DNA from: Alphaproteobacteria bacterium
GTDB taxonomy: Bacteria; Pseudomonadota; Alphaproteobacteria; UBA828
Length of the DNA stretch: 64,000 nucleotides
Direction of reading: 5' to 3'
NCBI GenBank assembly: GCA_963422645.2
Contig: CAXXVO010000007.1
Span: 192,001-256,000, forward strand
Shown piece after piece: positions 33,160-43,967 of this stretch. Every line of letters starts with the position of its first letter. Position 1 is the stretch's first letter. The notes beneath the pieces are model-generated. The model had not been told where the DNA came from, did not search any database, and saw nothing but the letters and a program-made list of their open reading frames with translations. The position numbers and the translations under genes are program-made.

Positions 33160-33864
33160 ATGCCTGAGATGCCGGACTGGCAACGCTTCCTGAGCGCGGA
33201 TGACAGAGAGACCATCGAGCGCGGCCGCTGGGCCAAGCGCGTCGGATTCGGCGCTCGCCCAGCCGTCATCCTCATTGACGTGCAGAGCTACATGGTGGGG
33301 GAGGAGGACAACCACGACCTTGCCGCCTATCCCTATAGCTGCGCCACCGGCTGGGCTGCCGTTTGGCAGACCAAGCGTATCATCGGTGCGGCCCGCGCCG
33401 CCCAGGCACCGGTGATCTACACCCGTTTCGCCATCGATCGCGCTGTCGGCGATGCCGGGCTCTTCGACGCCAAGATCGGCGCGGAAGCAGGCGAGAACGT
33501 CTACTTCGAAGGCACCCACGGCAGCGCGATCGTGGACGTGGTGGCGCCCGAGCCCGGCGACCTGGTCTTCACCAAGAAGAAGCCGAGCTCCTTCCACGGC
33601 ACGCCCCTCCTGCCCTATCTGATCGACCGCGCCATCGATACGCTGATCGTCACCGGCGGCGCCACCTGCAACTGCGTCCGCGCCACGGTCTTCGACGCGT
33701 TCTCGTACAATTACCGTACCATCGTACCGGCGGACGCGGTGTTCGACCGCCTGCCGATCAGCCATGCGATAAACCTGTTCGACATGAATCGCTGCTCGGC
33801 CGACGTGACCGACACCGAGGCCGTGCTCGCCTATTTCGCCGAGCAGGCCCAGCGTGCGGCCTAA
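33160..33864 (+). CDS. Isochorismatase-family cysteine hydrolase (maleamate/N-carbamoylsarcosine amidase-like)
   Basis: G.RPAVILIDVQ, KKKPSSFHGT, TCNCVRATVFDA. Confidence 0.82.
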   Translation: MPEMPDWQRFLSADDRETIERGRWAKRVGFGARPAVILIDVQSYMVGEEDNHDLAAYPYSCATGWAAVWQTKRIIGAARAAQAPVIYTRFAIDRAVGDAGLFDAKIGAEAGENVYFEGTHGSAIVDVVAPEPGDLVFTKKKPSSFHGTPLLPYLIDRAIDTLIVTGGATCNCVRATVFDAFSYNYRTIVPADAVFDRLPISHAINLFDMNRCSADVTDTEAVLAYFAEQAQRAA

Positions 33865-33881
33865 ACGCTGCCGGTGGCACC

Positions 33882-33890
33882 TGCTATAGT
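33882..33890 (+). promoter_or_regulatory. Extended -10 promoter for SRP RNA
   Basis: TGcTATAGT ending 6 nt upstream of the ffs 5' end. Confidence 0.55.
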
Positions 33891-33896
33891 GAGTGC

Positions 33897-33992
33897 GGGA
33901 GATCGGCGGCGGACGGCTAACTCGCGAACCCGGTCAGGTCCGGAAGGAAGCAGCCGTAACGAGCTTCAAGCCGGGTCGTCTGCCGGTCTCCT
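33897..33992 (+). ncRNA. ffs: Signal recognition particle 4.5S RNA
   Basis: Conserved TCAGGTCCGGAAGGAAGCAGC; complementary ends GGAGATCGGC..GCCGGTCTCC; lies upstream of dnaX. Confidence 0.95.
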
Positions 33993-34049
33993 GCCGCCAA
34001 CCCCACGCGCCGCCCCCGCAAGACGCGGATCGAAGGACGCCATGCACCG

Positions 34050-35777
34050 ATGAGCGAGGACGCCGCCGCCTATCGCGTGCTCGCGCGCAAGTACAGGCCG
34101 GCGAGCTTTGCCGGGCTGATCGGCCAGGACGCCCTGGTGCGCACGCTGAGCAACGCGATCGCGATGGATCGCCTGGCCCATGCCTACCTTCTGACGGGCG
34201 TACGCGGGGTGGGCAAGACCTCGACCGCACGGATTATCGCGCGCGCCCTCAACTGCATCGGTGAGGACGGGACCGGCGGCCCGACGCCGGAGCCGTGCGG
34301 GGCGTGCGATCACTGCATCTCCATCGCCGAGGATCGCCATGTCGATGTGATCGAGATGGATGCCGCCTCGCGCACCGGCATCGACGACGTGCGCGAGCTG
34401 ATCGAGAGCGTGCGCTACCGCCCGGTCTCGGCGCGCTACAAGGTCTACATCATCGACGAAGTGCACATGCTCTCTAAGCAGGCCTTCAACGCCCTGCTCA
34501 AGACGCTCGAAGAGCCTCCGCCCCACGTCAAATTCGTGTTCGCGACGACCGAGGTGCGGCGCCTGCCGGTGACGGTGCTCTCGCGCTGCCAGCGCTTCGA
34601 CCTGCGCCGGGTCGATATGGAAGTGCTGATCGAGCACTTCTCGGGCATTGCCGCCAAAGAAGGGGCGGAGGTAGAGCCGGCCGCGCTCGCACTCATAGCC
34701 CGGGCCGCCGACGGCTCTGTGCGCGACGGGCTTTCCGTGCTCGACCAGGCGATGGCGCACGAGGGCACGCGCATCACCGAAGAGGCGGTGCGTGCCATGC
34801 TGGGCCTCGCCGACCGGACCCGGCTCTTCGACCTCTTCGATATGCTGATGAAGGGCGCGATCAAGGACGCGCTGGACTGCTTCTCCGAGCTTCACGACGC
34901 AGGCGCGGAGCCACAGGCGCTATTGCAGGACCTGCTGGAGCTCTGCCATTGGCTCACGAGGCTGAAGCATGTTCCCGCCGCTGCGGAGGATCCCGCGGTG
35001 CCCGAGGCCGAGCGCACGCGCGGGCGCGCCATGGCCGAGGCGCTGGCGGTGCCGTCGCTCACACAGACCTGGCAAATGCTGCTGAAAGGGCTGGAGGAGG
35101 CTAACCGGGCGGCGCGGCCTGCGCTTGCGGCCGAGATGACCCTGGTGAGAATCGCCTATGCCGCCGATCTGCCGAGCCCGGCCGATGCGCTTCGGGCCAT
35201 CGGTGCTGGCGGTGCGAGCGCACAGCCGAAAGAAGCGCCCGCGGCGACGCCCGCCCCAGCCCCGGCGTCCCCGCCAAGCGGTGCCGCGAGCGCCGGAGCT
35301 GCGGCGGAGCCTGCATTGGTGCCTGAAGCGGCGCCTGAGCCGGCGCCGCAGCCAGTGCCGGTGGCCACATCCGCCCCGCATGTGCAGCCGACATCGTTGC
35401 GCGAGATCGCCGCGCTCGCGGAGGAGCGGCGGGAGCCGATTCTAAGCGCGTGGCTCAGGACCGAGGTTCGACCTATCCGAGTCGGCACCGGCGCCGTCGA
35501 GATCAACTGCGGGCACTCGCCGGACAGCAAGATGCTTACCCTGCTCCAGGAACGGCTCGAGCAATGGACCGGCGACCGCTGGATGATTGCGCTGAGCGAG
35601 GAGGGCGGCGAGCCCACCCTCGATGAGCAGGACCGGGCCGCGCAGGAAGCGGCCGACCGGGCGGCGGTGGAGCATCCCCTGGTGCAGCAGGTTCTCGATG
35701 CCTTCCCCGGCTCGCGCGTGCGCAAGGTGCACCGGCCCGCGCCGGATAACGGAAACGACGGAGATGCTTCCCCATGA
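34050..35777 (+). CDS. dnaX: DNA polymerase III subunit gamma/tau
   Basis: YRVLARKYRP, GVGKT, IDEVHML, SRCQRF. Confidence 0.96.
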   Translation: MSEDAAAYRVLARKYRPASFAGLIGQDALVRTLSNAIAMDRLAHAYLLTGVRGVGKTSTARIIARALNCIGEDGTGGPTPEPCGACDHCISIAEDRHVDVIEMDAASRTGIDDVRELIESVRYRPVSARYKVYIIDEVHMLSKQAFNALLKTLEEPPPHVKFVFATTEVRRLPVTVLSRCQRFDLRRVDMEVLIEHFSGIAAKEGAEVEPAALALIARAADGSVRDGLSVLDQAMAHEGTRITEEAVRAMLGLADRTRLFDLFDMLMKGAIKDALDCFSELHDAGAEPQALLQDLLELCHWLTRLKHVPAAAEDPAVPEAERTRGRAMAEALAVPSLTQTWQMLLKGLEEANRAARPALAAEMTLVRIAYAADLPSPADALRAIGAGGASAQPKEAPAATPAPAPASPPSGAASAGAAAEPALVPEAAPEPAPQPVPVATSAPHVQPTSLREIAALAEERREPILSAWLRTEVRPIRVGTGAVEINCGHSPDSKMLTLLQERLEQWTGDRWMIALSEEGGEPTLDEQDRAAQEAADRAAVEHPLVQQVLDAFPGSRVRKVHRPAPDNGNDGDASP

Positions 35778-36097
35778 AGAACATCGGCAAGATGCTGAAG
35801 CAGGCGCAGGAAATGCAGACCAGGATGGCCGAGCTGCAGGAGAGCCTCGGCGCGCTCGAGGTCGAGGGAACGGCGGGCGGCGGCCTGGTGCGGGTAACGC
35901 TCACGGGCAAGGGCGAGATGCGCCGCCTCTCCATCGACCCGGCGCTGGTGAGCGGCGACGAGGTGGAGGTTCTGGAAGACCTGATCGTCGCCGCCTTCAA
36001 TGACGGCAAGGCCAGGGTCGAGCAGCTCGTCCAGGAGCGGATGGCCGAGGTCACCGGCGGGCTCAAGTTGCCGCCGGGCCTCGACCTCGGCCTGTGA
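35774..36097 (+). CDS. ybaB: YbaB/EbfC nucleoid-associated protein
   Basis: [22 protein letters not shown]; dnaX-ybaB-recR synteny. Confidence 0.93.
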   Translation: MKNIGKMLKQAQEMQTRMAELQESLGALEVEGTAGGGLVRVTLTGKGEMRRLSIDPALVSGDEVEVLEDLIVAAFNDGKARVEQLVQERMAEVTGGLKLPPGLDLGL

Positions 36098-36134
36098 GGG
36101 CCTGCCGCAACCTATCCTTTACTGGCGACAGGCG

Positions 36135-36731
36135 ATGACGAGCCCTGCGATCGAGCGGTTGGTCGGGCGTCTCGGCAAGCTTCCCGGTCTCGGGCCGCGC
36201 TCAGCCCGCCGCGCCGCTCTGCATCTGCTGGAGCGGCGCGAGTCGCACCTGGAGCCGCTGCTCGCCGCGCTGCGCACGGCGGCCGAGAGCGTCCGCCCCT
36301 GCGCCACCTGCGGCAATCTCGACGCCCAGGACCCCTGCGCGATCTGCGCCGATCCCGAGCGCGATCCGACGGCCATCTGCGTCGTCGAGCAGGTGGCGGA
36401 TCTCTGGGCGCTGGAGCGCACGCTGATGTTCCGCGGCCGCTATCACGTGCTGGGCGGGCTCCTCTCGGCGCTCGACGGGATCGGACCGGAGGATCTCGCC
36501 ATCGCCGGCCTCGTCGCCCGTGCCGGCGTGCCCGAGGTCCGCGAGATCATTCTCGCCACCAGCGCCACCGTGGACGGGCAGACCACGGCGCATTATCTGG
36601 CCGACCGGCTCGCCGAGAGCGGCGTCACGATCTCCCGCCTCGCCCACGGTCTGCCGGTCGGCGGCGAGCTCGACTATCTCGACGACGGCACCCTCGGCAC
36701 CGCACTCAAGGCACGTCAGCGCCTCCTCTAA
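36135..36731 (+). CDS. recR: Recombination mediator RecR
   Basis: [11 protein letters not shown]4 zinc finger, [13 protein letters not shown]; start ATG36135. Confidence 0.95.
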   Translation: MTSPAIERLVGRLGKLPGLGPRSARRAALHLLERRESHLEPLLAALRTAAESVRPCATCGNLDAQDPCAICADPERDPTAICVVEQVADLWALERTLMFRGRYHVLGGLLSALDGIGPEDLAIAGLVARAGVPEVREIILATSATVDGQTTAHYLADRLAESGVTISRLAHGLPVGGELDYLDDGTLGTALKARQRLL

Positions 36732-36826
36732 GCCAACGCCACTGCGCGCTGGATTGTCAGGCCCGTGCCCTCTATGGTCGCGCCCGGCCGCCGGCGGGGC
36801 AGCCGACGTGAGCATTGGAGAGGGCC

Positions 36827-37756
36827 ATGGCAGACGAGGCGAAGAGCGCAGGCCGGTTGGAACGCGTCCTGCGAGCGGGTGAGTTCGCCATCACGGCAGA
36901 GATGGGGCCGCCCGACTCGGTGGATCCGGCCGACGTTCTGGCCCACGCCGGCTGCCTCAAGGGGCTCGCCGATGCCGTCAACGTGCTCGACGGTGCCGGC
37001 GCACGCGCGCATCTCTCGCCGCTCGCGACCGCCGCGATTTTGGTGCGCAAAGGCATCGAGCCGGTGCTCCAGTTCACCATGCGTGACCGCAACCGGCTCG
37101 CGCTGCAGGCCGACGTGCTGGGGGCGGCGGCGCTCGGTGTGCACAGCCTGCTCTGCCTCACCGGCGATTCGGTCGATGCCGGCGATCAGCCGGAGACCAA
37201 GCCGGTCTTCGACCTGAAGTCCAACGAGTTCATGGCGCTGGTGCGGACCATGCGGGACGAGGCCCAGCTCCCGGGCGGGCGTAGTCTCGCCTCGGCGCCC
37301 CGCCTGCTGATCGGGGGCGCGGATGCGCCCCGGGAGCCGAAGGCGGGCGAGGCACCCACCAGCCTCCAGGCCAAGGTCGAGGCGGGTGCGGACTTCTTCC
37401 AGACCCAGTTCTGCTTCGACACGGCGATGCTGAAGCGCTACCTCGCCTGGCTCGGGGATTTTGGAATCCCTGAGCGCACGTTCATCATCGTCGGCATTGG
37501 GCCGATAAGGTCGGCGCGCTCGGCGCGCTGGATGAACGAGAACCTCTTCGGCGTGCACATCCCGGATGCCGTCATCGCCCGGCTCGACGGCGCCAAGGAA
37601 CCGCAGGCCGAGGGAATCCGCATCTGCGTCGAGCTGATCGAAGAGCTGCAGGGAATCGAGGGCGTCGCCGGTGCGCACCTGATGGCGCCGCGCGGCGAAC
37701 AGGCGATCGCCGAGGTTATCGCCGAAACTGGGCTCCGCAGCACTGGCGGTGCTTGA
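36827..37756 (+). CDS. metF: Methylenetetrahydrofolate reductase
   Basis: TMRDRNRLALQ, CLTGD, K..AGADFFQTQ, GAHLM. Confidence 0.85.
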   Translation: MADEAKSAGRLERVLRAGEFAITAEMGPPDSVDPADVLAHAGCLKGLADAVNVLDGAGARAHLSPLATAAILVRKGIEPVLQFTMRDRNRLALQADVLGAAALGVHSLLCLTGDSVDAGDQPETKPVFDLKSNEFMALVRTMRDEAQLPGGRSLASAPRLLIGGADAPREPKAGEAPTSLQAKVEAGADFFQTQFCFDTAMLKRYLAWLGDFGIPERTFIIVGIGPIRSARSARWMNENLFGVHIPDAVIARLDGAKEPQAEGIRICVELIEELQGIEGVAGAHLMAPRGEQAIAEVIAETGLRSTGGA

Positions 37757-37786
37757 GCGCGCCCTCGAGGGTGCGCTCTTGGTCTC

Positions 37787-38620
37787 CTAGAAACGGTATC
37801 GGATGCCGATCTCGAGGAAGTGAACCCGCAGGTCGGTCTCCGCCCGCGTCGACACACCGGGGCTTGTACCGCTGAATTCCAAGCCGTTCAGGGCTTGCAG
37901 GCGATAGCCGATATGGAGCGTAGCGCTTTCCGAGAGCGCGTAGCCGATGCCCGCACCGAATTGATAGGCGAACGCGGAATCGGTCGCTGAGAGCGTGGGC
38001 ACGTCTAGGTCTTGGAGGCCCTGGAGGGGGCCAAGAGCCTGTCCCAGCGCCGGGTTCTGTTGGGCCGCCGCCTGCACGGATCGGCTAACGGCATTCTTGA
38101 CCGCATTGGTGTTGTATCGAACGTCGCCCTGGTCGATGCGAATGAAGCCGAGGCCGCCGCCGATGTAGGGCGTCCAGTCGCTGCCAGTCTCGATGTCGTA
38201 CCAGAGGTTCACCATGGCGCCGAGCTGGTTTGCCGAGCCCGACACGGGGACGTCCACCTTCGTCGGAAGGACCTGCTGAGGCAGTCCCAGCCCCGGCAAG
38301 GCTATGCTCGTGTGGGTCAGCTTGCTGACCTCGGCCCTTGCGAGGAAGATTTCGCCCTCGAGGCGGAGACTGGAATCCAAGTGATGGCCGAGGACGGCTC
38401 CCAGCTTGTAGCCCGTGTCATGCTCCGATCTAACTGTTGAGCGTTGCGTCACCGACATCGGGCCCTGCCCGAAAGTCGTGGTGGCGGTCGAATCCGTGTC
38501 GTCGATGAACATGAGGGGCATGTTCGCGCCGATGTACCAGCTGCCCTCCTGCGCCTGAGCAGCGGACGCGGCGCCGAACGCGAGGCACGCGGCCAACGCC
38601 GCCGCAGAAATCCAGCGCAT
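37787..38620 (-). pseudogene. Outer-membrane beta-barrel protein (Opa/OmpA-TM-like); native 5' end displaced by IS
   Basis: Signal peptide ..AQA, WTPYIGGGLG, FAYQFGAGIGY, terminal IRYRF; the original start codons lie at 41148-41160 beyond the IS. Confidence 0.75.
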
Positions 38621-38631
38621 TCCGAATAGGC

Positions 38632-41147
38632 TCAGACTTCCTGACCTCGTGATGCTGGCTGTTCTGGGCAGCGTGCCGGGAACTCCTTGAATTCTGATAC
38701 ATTTCGGTTGTTTCAGGCGGTTTTTCGCTGGGTGTCGCGCCCGAGGTCTGATATTATAATTTGATACCAATTGCACGGGGTCTCAACCATGCCCAGTACC
38801 CTCCCAATGTGCCCTCCAGAGGCGGTCTCGATCGGCAACAGCTGCTTCGCCGTCCTGATCTCGGACGACACCTTCACCTACTTTTCCAACCTCATTCCCT
38901 TTGACAGCCACGCCGCCGATGACCGCACGGCCATGCTCTTGCGGATCGGCCGCCTCGCGGCGATCAGCGCGGTCTCGCCGCAGGAACTGGCTGACGCTTT
39001 CGCTGTCTCGCGCGCGACGGTGCAGCGCGCACGACGGCGCTACCTGGCCGAGGGCGAAGCGGGGTTCATGAAGCCCCGGCGCGGTCGCGGGCCGTCGGTG
39101 TTCACTCCGGAGTTGGCGGAGAAGGCGACGGCGTTGCTGGCATCGGGCCTGAGCGGCTCTGCGGCGGCCCGGGTTCTCGGCGTGTCAGCGCCATCGGTCA
39201 ACAAGTGGCGCCGTCAGGGACTGATCGGCAACACGGAGGCGGATGGGGAGCCCGGACGCTCAGCGCTGGCTGCGCCGCCTGACGCGGGTGCGGCTCCTGA
39301 AGGCCGTGTCGATGAAGAGAGTACCGGTGCCCCGGGGCCGGAGACGGCGCCGGGGCTGGAAGCGCAGCCGCAAACGGATCGCAGCGCGCGCGATCGGCGG
39401 GACCGGCAGGCGCCGATGGGGCGTGCGACTTGCGATGTTCCGGCTCGGGTTCTGGCCAGTTGTGGACAGGCGGGGCCGGTCGAACCGCAGTTCGCCGCCG
39501 CCGCCCGCGGTGTCCGCTTCGGCGGCGTGCTCGCCGCCCTGCCGGCCCTGCTGAAGGAAGGTCTTCTCTCCGAGACCGGTCTCCTGCCATTGCTGCCGAA
39601 GGGCTATTACGGCTTGCCTACGATCCTGCTCTTCCTGGCCTTCATGACCTTGGCGCGGGTGCGCAACCCCGAGAGCCTGCGCTACCAGGCGCCGGGCGAA
39701 TGGGGCGCCATTCTCGGCCTCGATCGCTGCCCCGAGGTCAAGACGCTGCGCCGCAAGATCGCTCTCATCGCCGACGACGAGGCCGGCGTGCGGGCGTGGC
39801 AGCTCGCCCTTGCCAGGCGCTGGCAAGGCCGACGAGCCGGAGCTCTGGGCGACGCTGGCCATCGACGGGCACGTCAAGGTCTACTCCGGCCGCAAGGGGC
39901 GCTTGCCCAAGCACTTCGTCTCGCGCGAGAAGCTGTGCCTGCCGGCGAGCGCCAGCTACTGGATCAACGCTCTGGGCGGCAAGCCGCTGCTCTGTCTGCA
40001 CAAGCCGCTGGACCCGAAGATGGTCGCGGCCATCGAAGCCGACGTGGTGCCGGCGCTGCAGGAGCTTGGGATCGTTGGCGCCGGGGCGCCGGACCTGACC
40101 GCCGAGCATCCCGGCCAGCCGGCGCTCACCCTGGTCTTCGACCGCGAGGGCTGGAGCCCGGATCTGTTCCGCCGGCTGGCGAGGCGCGGCGTCGCCTGCC
40201 TGACCTGGCACAAGAACTTCAGGGGCGAGGACTGGCCGGCCGAGGACTTCGGCGCGATGACCGTTCCCATTCACGGACCGGCGGCGGACGGCAGCGCCAC
40301 CATGCGGCTGGCTGAGAAGCCGGTGACGTTGCCGAACGGCTTCAGGGTGCGCCAGATCCGCCGCCTGCTCGACAACGGCCGTCAGGTGCCGCTGATCACC
40401 ACCGATCCGCACAAGCCGATGGCTGAGGTTGCGGGCGCCATGTTCTCGCGCTGGTCGCAGGAGAACTTCTTCAAGTACATGCGTGACGAGTTCAATCTCG
40501 ACGCCCTGCCGACCCACGAGCTCGAGCCTCTCGATCCCGCCGCCATGGTCGTCAACCCGCTGCGGCGGGCCTATGACAAGGCAATCCATCGCCTCGACCG
40601 CCAGCTTGGCCGCCTGCGCAACCGCATCGCCGACACGGCCCGGAAGAAGCAGCCGACGGCGGAACTCAGGAGGGAAGTCAGGGACCTCCAGGATGTCCGC
40701 GACATCGTCAGGGCCAGCCGCAGGGAGACGCCCAAGCACTGCCGGGCCGGCGACCTCGACGAAGCCGAGCAGCTCGATGCCTTGCCCGCGCGCGAGCGCC
40801 TCCTCCTCGACGTCATCCGGATGATCGCCTACCGCGCCGAAACCCGCATGATGCTTCCCGTCATGCAGGCGCAGGGCCACAAGCCCCATCCCCGGAAACT
40901 GCTTCAAGCGCTGCTCACCGCCGATGCCGACATCCTGCCGGATCCTGGCAATGGCCTCCTGCGGGTCCACATTCTTGGCCTCGCAAACGACGCCTGCGAC
41001 CGTTGGATCGATGCGGTTCTGAGCGACCTGAACGCCACCGAAACGGTCTTCCCCGGCACCCGTCTGCGCATAGTCTACGACATCGACGGGGCCTCGGAAT
41101 CCGCGCGGCTCGTGTCACCTAAAATCAGCAGAGGTCAGGAAGTCTGA
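38632..41147 (+). mobile_element. Unclassified DDE insertion sequence, 2516 bp
   Basis: Perfect 17-bp TIR TCAGACTTCCTGACCTC (38632-38648 / 41131-41147); GGC directly repeated on both flanks. Confidence 0.85.
38789..41147 (+). pseudogene. Large HTH-plus-DDE transposase with +1 frameshift near 39826
   Basis: N-terminal HTHs, GLDRCPEVKTLR; then in another frame IDGH, VFDREG and RWSQENFF; the join reads TGG CAAG GCC (one extra base). Confidence 0.75.
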
Positions 41148-41331
41148 GGCTTCGACTCATTCCCTGTCCTCCCCGTTGCAGTGCCCCACCTGCGTTTCCA
41201 GCGTAAGGAGACGGGAAACGCTGCGCAAACCCCGTCGATGCTGCACCCATCGGAGACCGTACAGCGCGACGTAGAGTGTGCCGCATCTGTGCCGGGCGCG
41301 CCCTCTCCTCACGCGTGTTCCAGGGGCAGAC

Positions 41332-41360
41332 AAAAAAAGGGGAGCGCCGGAGCGCTCCCC
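41332..41360 (-). terminator. Rho-independent terminator of porin 1
   Basis: GGGGAGCG-loop-CGCTCCCC followed by T7 on the minus strand. Confidence 0.85.
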
Positions 41361-41385
41361 CAATACGGGTATCGGCGAAGGCCGA

Positions 41386-42432
41386 TCAGAAGTTGACGGC
41401 AGTACCGATCATGAACTGGACCCACTCGTCCGAGCCGTCATCGCCGAAGTCGAGCTGCATATCGAGCTGCACGCCCTCGCCCAGCGGATAAGCGGCACCG
41501 AGTGCGTACATGTCGGCGGTATCCGTGCTGCCCCAGCCGGCGCTGACTGAGAGAGCGCCCATTGCGGCGACGGCGCCGATGTCAGTTCGCATCGACTCCA
41601 TGCCGTTGCCGTCAGAGGAATCTCTCATGCCGCCGCTGACGGTAATGTCACCGACAGAAACCGACGCCCCGGCATTCAAATCGGTCGGTGACGCACCGCC
41701 CTCGTCCGCGGTCTCGTAGCCGACGTTGATGCTGACGCTGGCGTCGCCGAGCCCTTGCGTGAACGTGAGGGCGGCTGCGATCTGATCGTTCACCGCGGGA
41801 GTACCGTCATCCGGTACCGCGCCATCAGGCGCGTAGCTCACCCCGACCTGAATGCCGCCGACGGCCGGAGACGTGTAAAGGATCTTGTCGTCCCGGGTCC
41901 CGGCACCGAATCCGGTGCCGTCGGTAGCGACGGTCGCGGCGATGCCGCCGTAGTAAGGCCCGTTGATGCCGAAACTGCTAGTGGCACCCGCCGAAGCCTT
42001 CCTCGATCCCGCGCGCGCACCCTTGATCGCGCCAACAGCGATCTCGCCGAACGCACCGCTGATGGTGATACGGCGGTCGTACGCGACCCCGGGATCAAAC
42101 CAAGTCCCTGATGCGTCGATATAGGCGGCGACACCGAAGGTCAGGCCGTTGTCCATGGTCGCGGATCCGGAGATCACGGGTTCCAGGTGTTCAAACAAGT
42201 CTGGCGAACCATCATCGGTCGAAGTGCTAGCGGCGACCCGCATGCTGCCGCTGATGCCGACCGAGACGGGCTCGGCCATCATCGCTTCTTCCATCATCTC
42301 TTCTTCGGCCATCATCTCTTCTTCGGCCATCATCTCTTCTTCGGCCATTTCCTCGTCCTGAGCGTAGGCCACGCTGGTGACGAGCAGGCCAGCGGCGACA
42401 ATCGCCGTCGTGCTCAACAGTACCTTCTTCAT
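41386..42432 (-). CDS. Alphaproteobacterial general porin (paralog 1)
   Basis: MKKVLLSTTA signal peptide, DNGLTFG, GAFG, Y.SP.VGG.Q.G.SY.P, terminal Phe. Confidence 0.85.
   Translation of the reverse strand: MKKVLLSTTAIVAAGLLVTSVAYAQDEEMAEEEMMAEEEMMAEEEMMEEAMMAEPVSVGISGSMRVAASTSTDDGSPDLFEHLEPVISGSATMDNGLTFGVAAYIDASGTWFDPGVAYDRRITISGAFGEIAVGAIKGARAGSRKASAGATSSFGINGPYYGGIAATVATDGTGFGAGTRDDKILYTSPAVGGIQVGVSYAPDGAVPDDGTPAVNDQIAAALTFTQGLGDASVSINVGYETADEGGASPTDLNAGASVSVGDITVSGGMRDSSDGNGMESMRTDIGAVAAMGALSVSAGWGSTDTADMYALGAAYPLGEGVQLDMQLDFGDDGSDEWVQFMIGTAVNF
42271..42355 (-). repeat. In-frame 18-nt tandem repeat encoding (AEEEMM)n
   Basis: GCCATCATCTCTTCTTCG units; protein EEMAEEEMMAEEEMMAEEEMMEEAMMAE. 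Confidence 0.9.
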
Positions 42433-42933
42433 CCTTCGCGAGTGAAATTTTGGGAGCAGCGCTGTACAGCGCTGATATCACGTTATAATATGTGATTCTG
42501 AGGCCCTGACGCAGTCCGTCCGATAATTTCCGTAAGCGCTGGGGAAGCGGATTGATTCCAACGTAAGCGTAGTCATGCGTACCCTTGTCGCCCAAATCCT
42601 ACATGTCGACGGCGGGAGCGGCTCGCGATGGGGAGCCGCATCCCATAGGCGGCATCGCATCTTGCCGGGCTAGAACGGGGAAGGAGAGCGAGGTCGGGTC
42701 AGGACCTGTGGGCCGGATTGGTGGTACAGGCATGGCGGAAAGGTGCGAGCGTGGCATTTCGGTCACAGTCTTGGAGGAAAACGACCGACCGTTAGAATTC
42801 CGCCACGCAATTTGGTTGCGCGAGGCGGGTGCGTGCCTCATTCTCCGGCGGCAGTGGGTTGGGACCGGTCCGGAGATAGGGGCGGTATGAGACCCCACAG
42901 CTTTGGACCCAATGAAACAGAGGGGATAGAAGG

Positions 42934-43944
42934 ATGAAGCGAGTTCTTCTGAGCACCACGTCACTCGTCGCCGCCAGCTTGTTGGTCACCAGCGTCGCCT
43001 ACGCCGGCGACGAAGAAATGGCCGAAGGCGAGATGATGGCCGAAGAAGAGATGATGGAAGAGATGATGATGGCCGAGCCCATCTCGGTCGGCATCAGCGG
43101 GACCGCCTTTGCTGCCATGAGCGTTTCGGGCGAGGATGACTCACCAACGATGTGGCAGCACTTCGAGCCCGTGATCTCCGGATCTGCGACCATGGACAAC
43201 GGCCTGACCTTTGGCGTCTCCATGGTGATCGATATAGGAAGTACTTGGTCTAATTCCGGAATCGCCTACGACCGCCATATTAGCGTCGGTGGTGCCTTCG
43301 GCGACATCGAACTTGGCAGACGCAAGAGCGCGAGATCGCAAATGAAGATTGGCTCTGCGGGTGCAACCACCAACTTCGGCGTCAACGGGCCTTACTGGGG
43401 CGGCGTCGCCGCGACCGTCGACACCTCCGGCGGTCGGGTTGACACGATCGTGTACAAGTCTCCCTCCGTCGGCGGCATCCAGCTCGGGTTGAGCTACGCT
43501 CCGGATGCCGGCACTGCGGATGACCAGGCCTCAGCAGCCGCTACGTTCACGCAGGATCTTGGGGACGCCAGCGTCAGCATCAACGTCGGCTACGAGACCC
43601 GAGATGCGGGTGGCGCGTCGCCGAGCGATTTGAATGCCGGGGCGTCAATTTCGGTCGGCGACGTCACCCTCAGCGGTGGCATGAAAGATACCGATGACGG
43701 CGCAGGCGGCGGAGGGATGCTGATGGACGTCGGAGCCAGCGTCGCCATGGGCTCGCTCACCCTCAGTGCCGGATGGGCCAACTCGGATACGACCGACATG
43801 TTCGCGTTCGCCGCCGCCTATCCGCTGGGCGAAGGCGTGCAACTCGGTATGCAGGTCGACTTCGGCGAGGAACCGATGGACCCGGACGGCAACGCAGACG
43901 GCGAATGGGTGCAGTTCATGATCGGTACGGCTGTCAGCTTCTGA
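42934..43944 (+). CDS. Alphaproteobacterial general porin (paralog 2)
   Basis: Same motifs as paralog 1; EEMAEGEMMAEEEMMEEMMMAE N-terminal tract; terminal Phe. Confidence 0.85.
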   Translation: MKRVLLSTTSLVAASLLVTSVAYAGDEEMAEGEMMAEEEMMEEMMMAEPISVGISGTAFAAMSVSGEDDSPTMWQHFEPVISGSATMDNGLTFGVSMVIDIGSTWSNSGIAYDRHISVGGAFGDIELGRRKSARSQMKIGSAGATTNFGVNGPYWGGVAATVDTSGGRVDTIVYKSPSVGGIQLGLSYAPDAGTADDQASAAATFTQDLGDASVSINVGYETRDAGGASPSDLNAGASISVGDVTLSGGMKDTDDGAGGGGMLMDVGASVAMGSLTLSAGWANSDTTDMFAFAAAYPLGEGVQLGMQVDFGEEPMDPDGNADGEWVQFMIGTAVSF

Positions 43945-43967
43945 TCGGCCTTACCGACATAACCATT

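Noticed and set aside
35200-35390. Pro/Ala-rich stretch in dnaX
   Set aside because: Normal tau linker; no slippery frameshift site seen
42457-42496. Palindromes CAGCGCTG-TA-CAGCGCTG and ATCAC..GTGAT upstream of porin 1
   Set aside because: Possible operator sites, but no consensus I can assign and no flanking invertase-type repeats or recombinase gene
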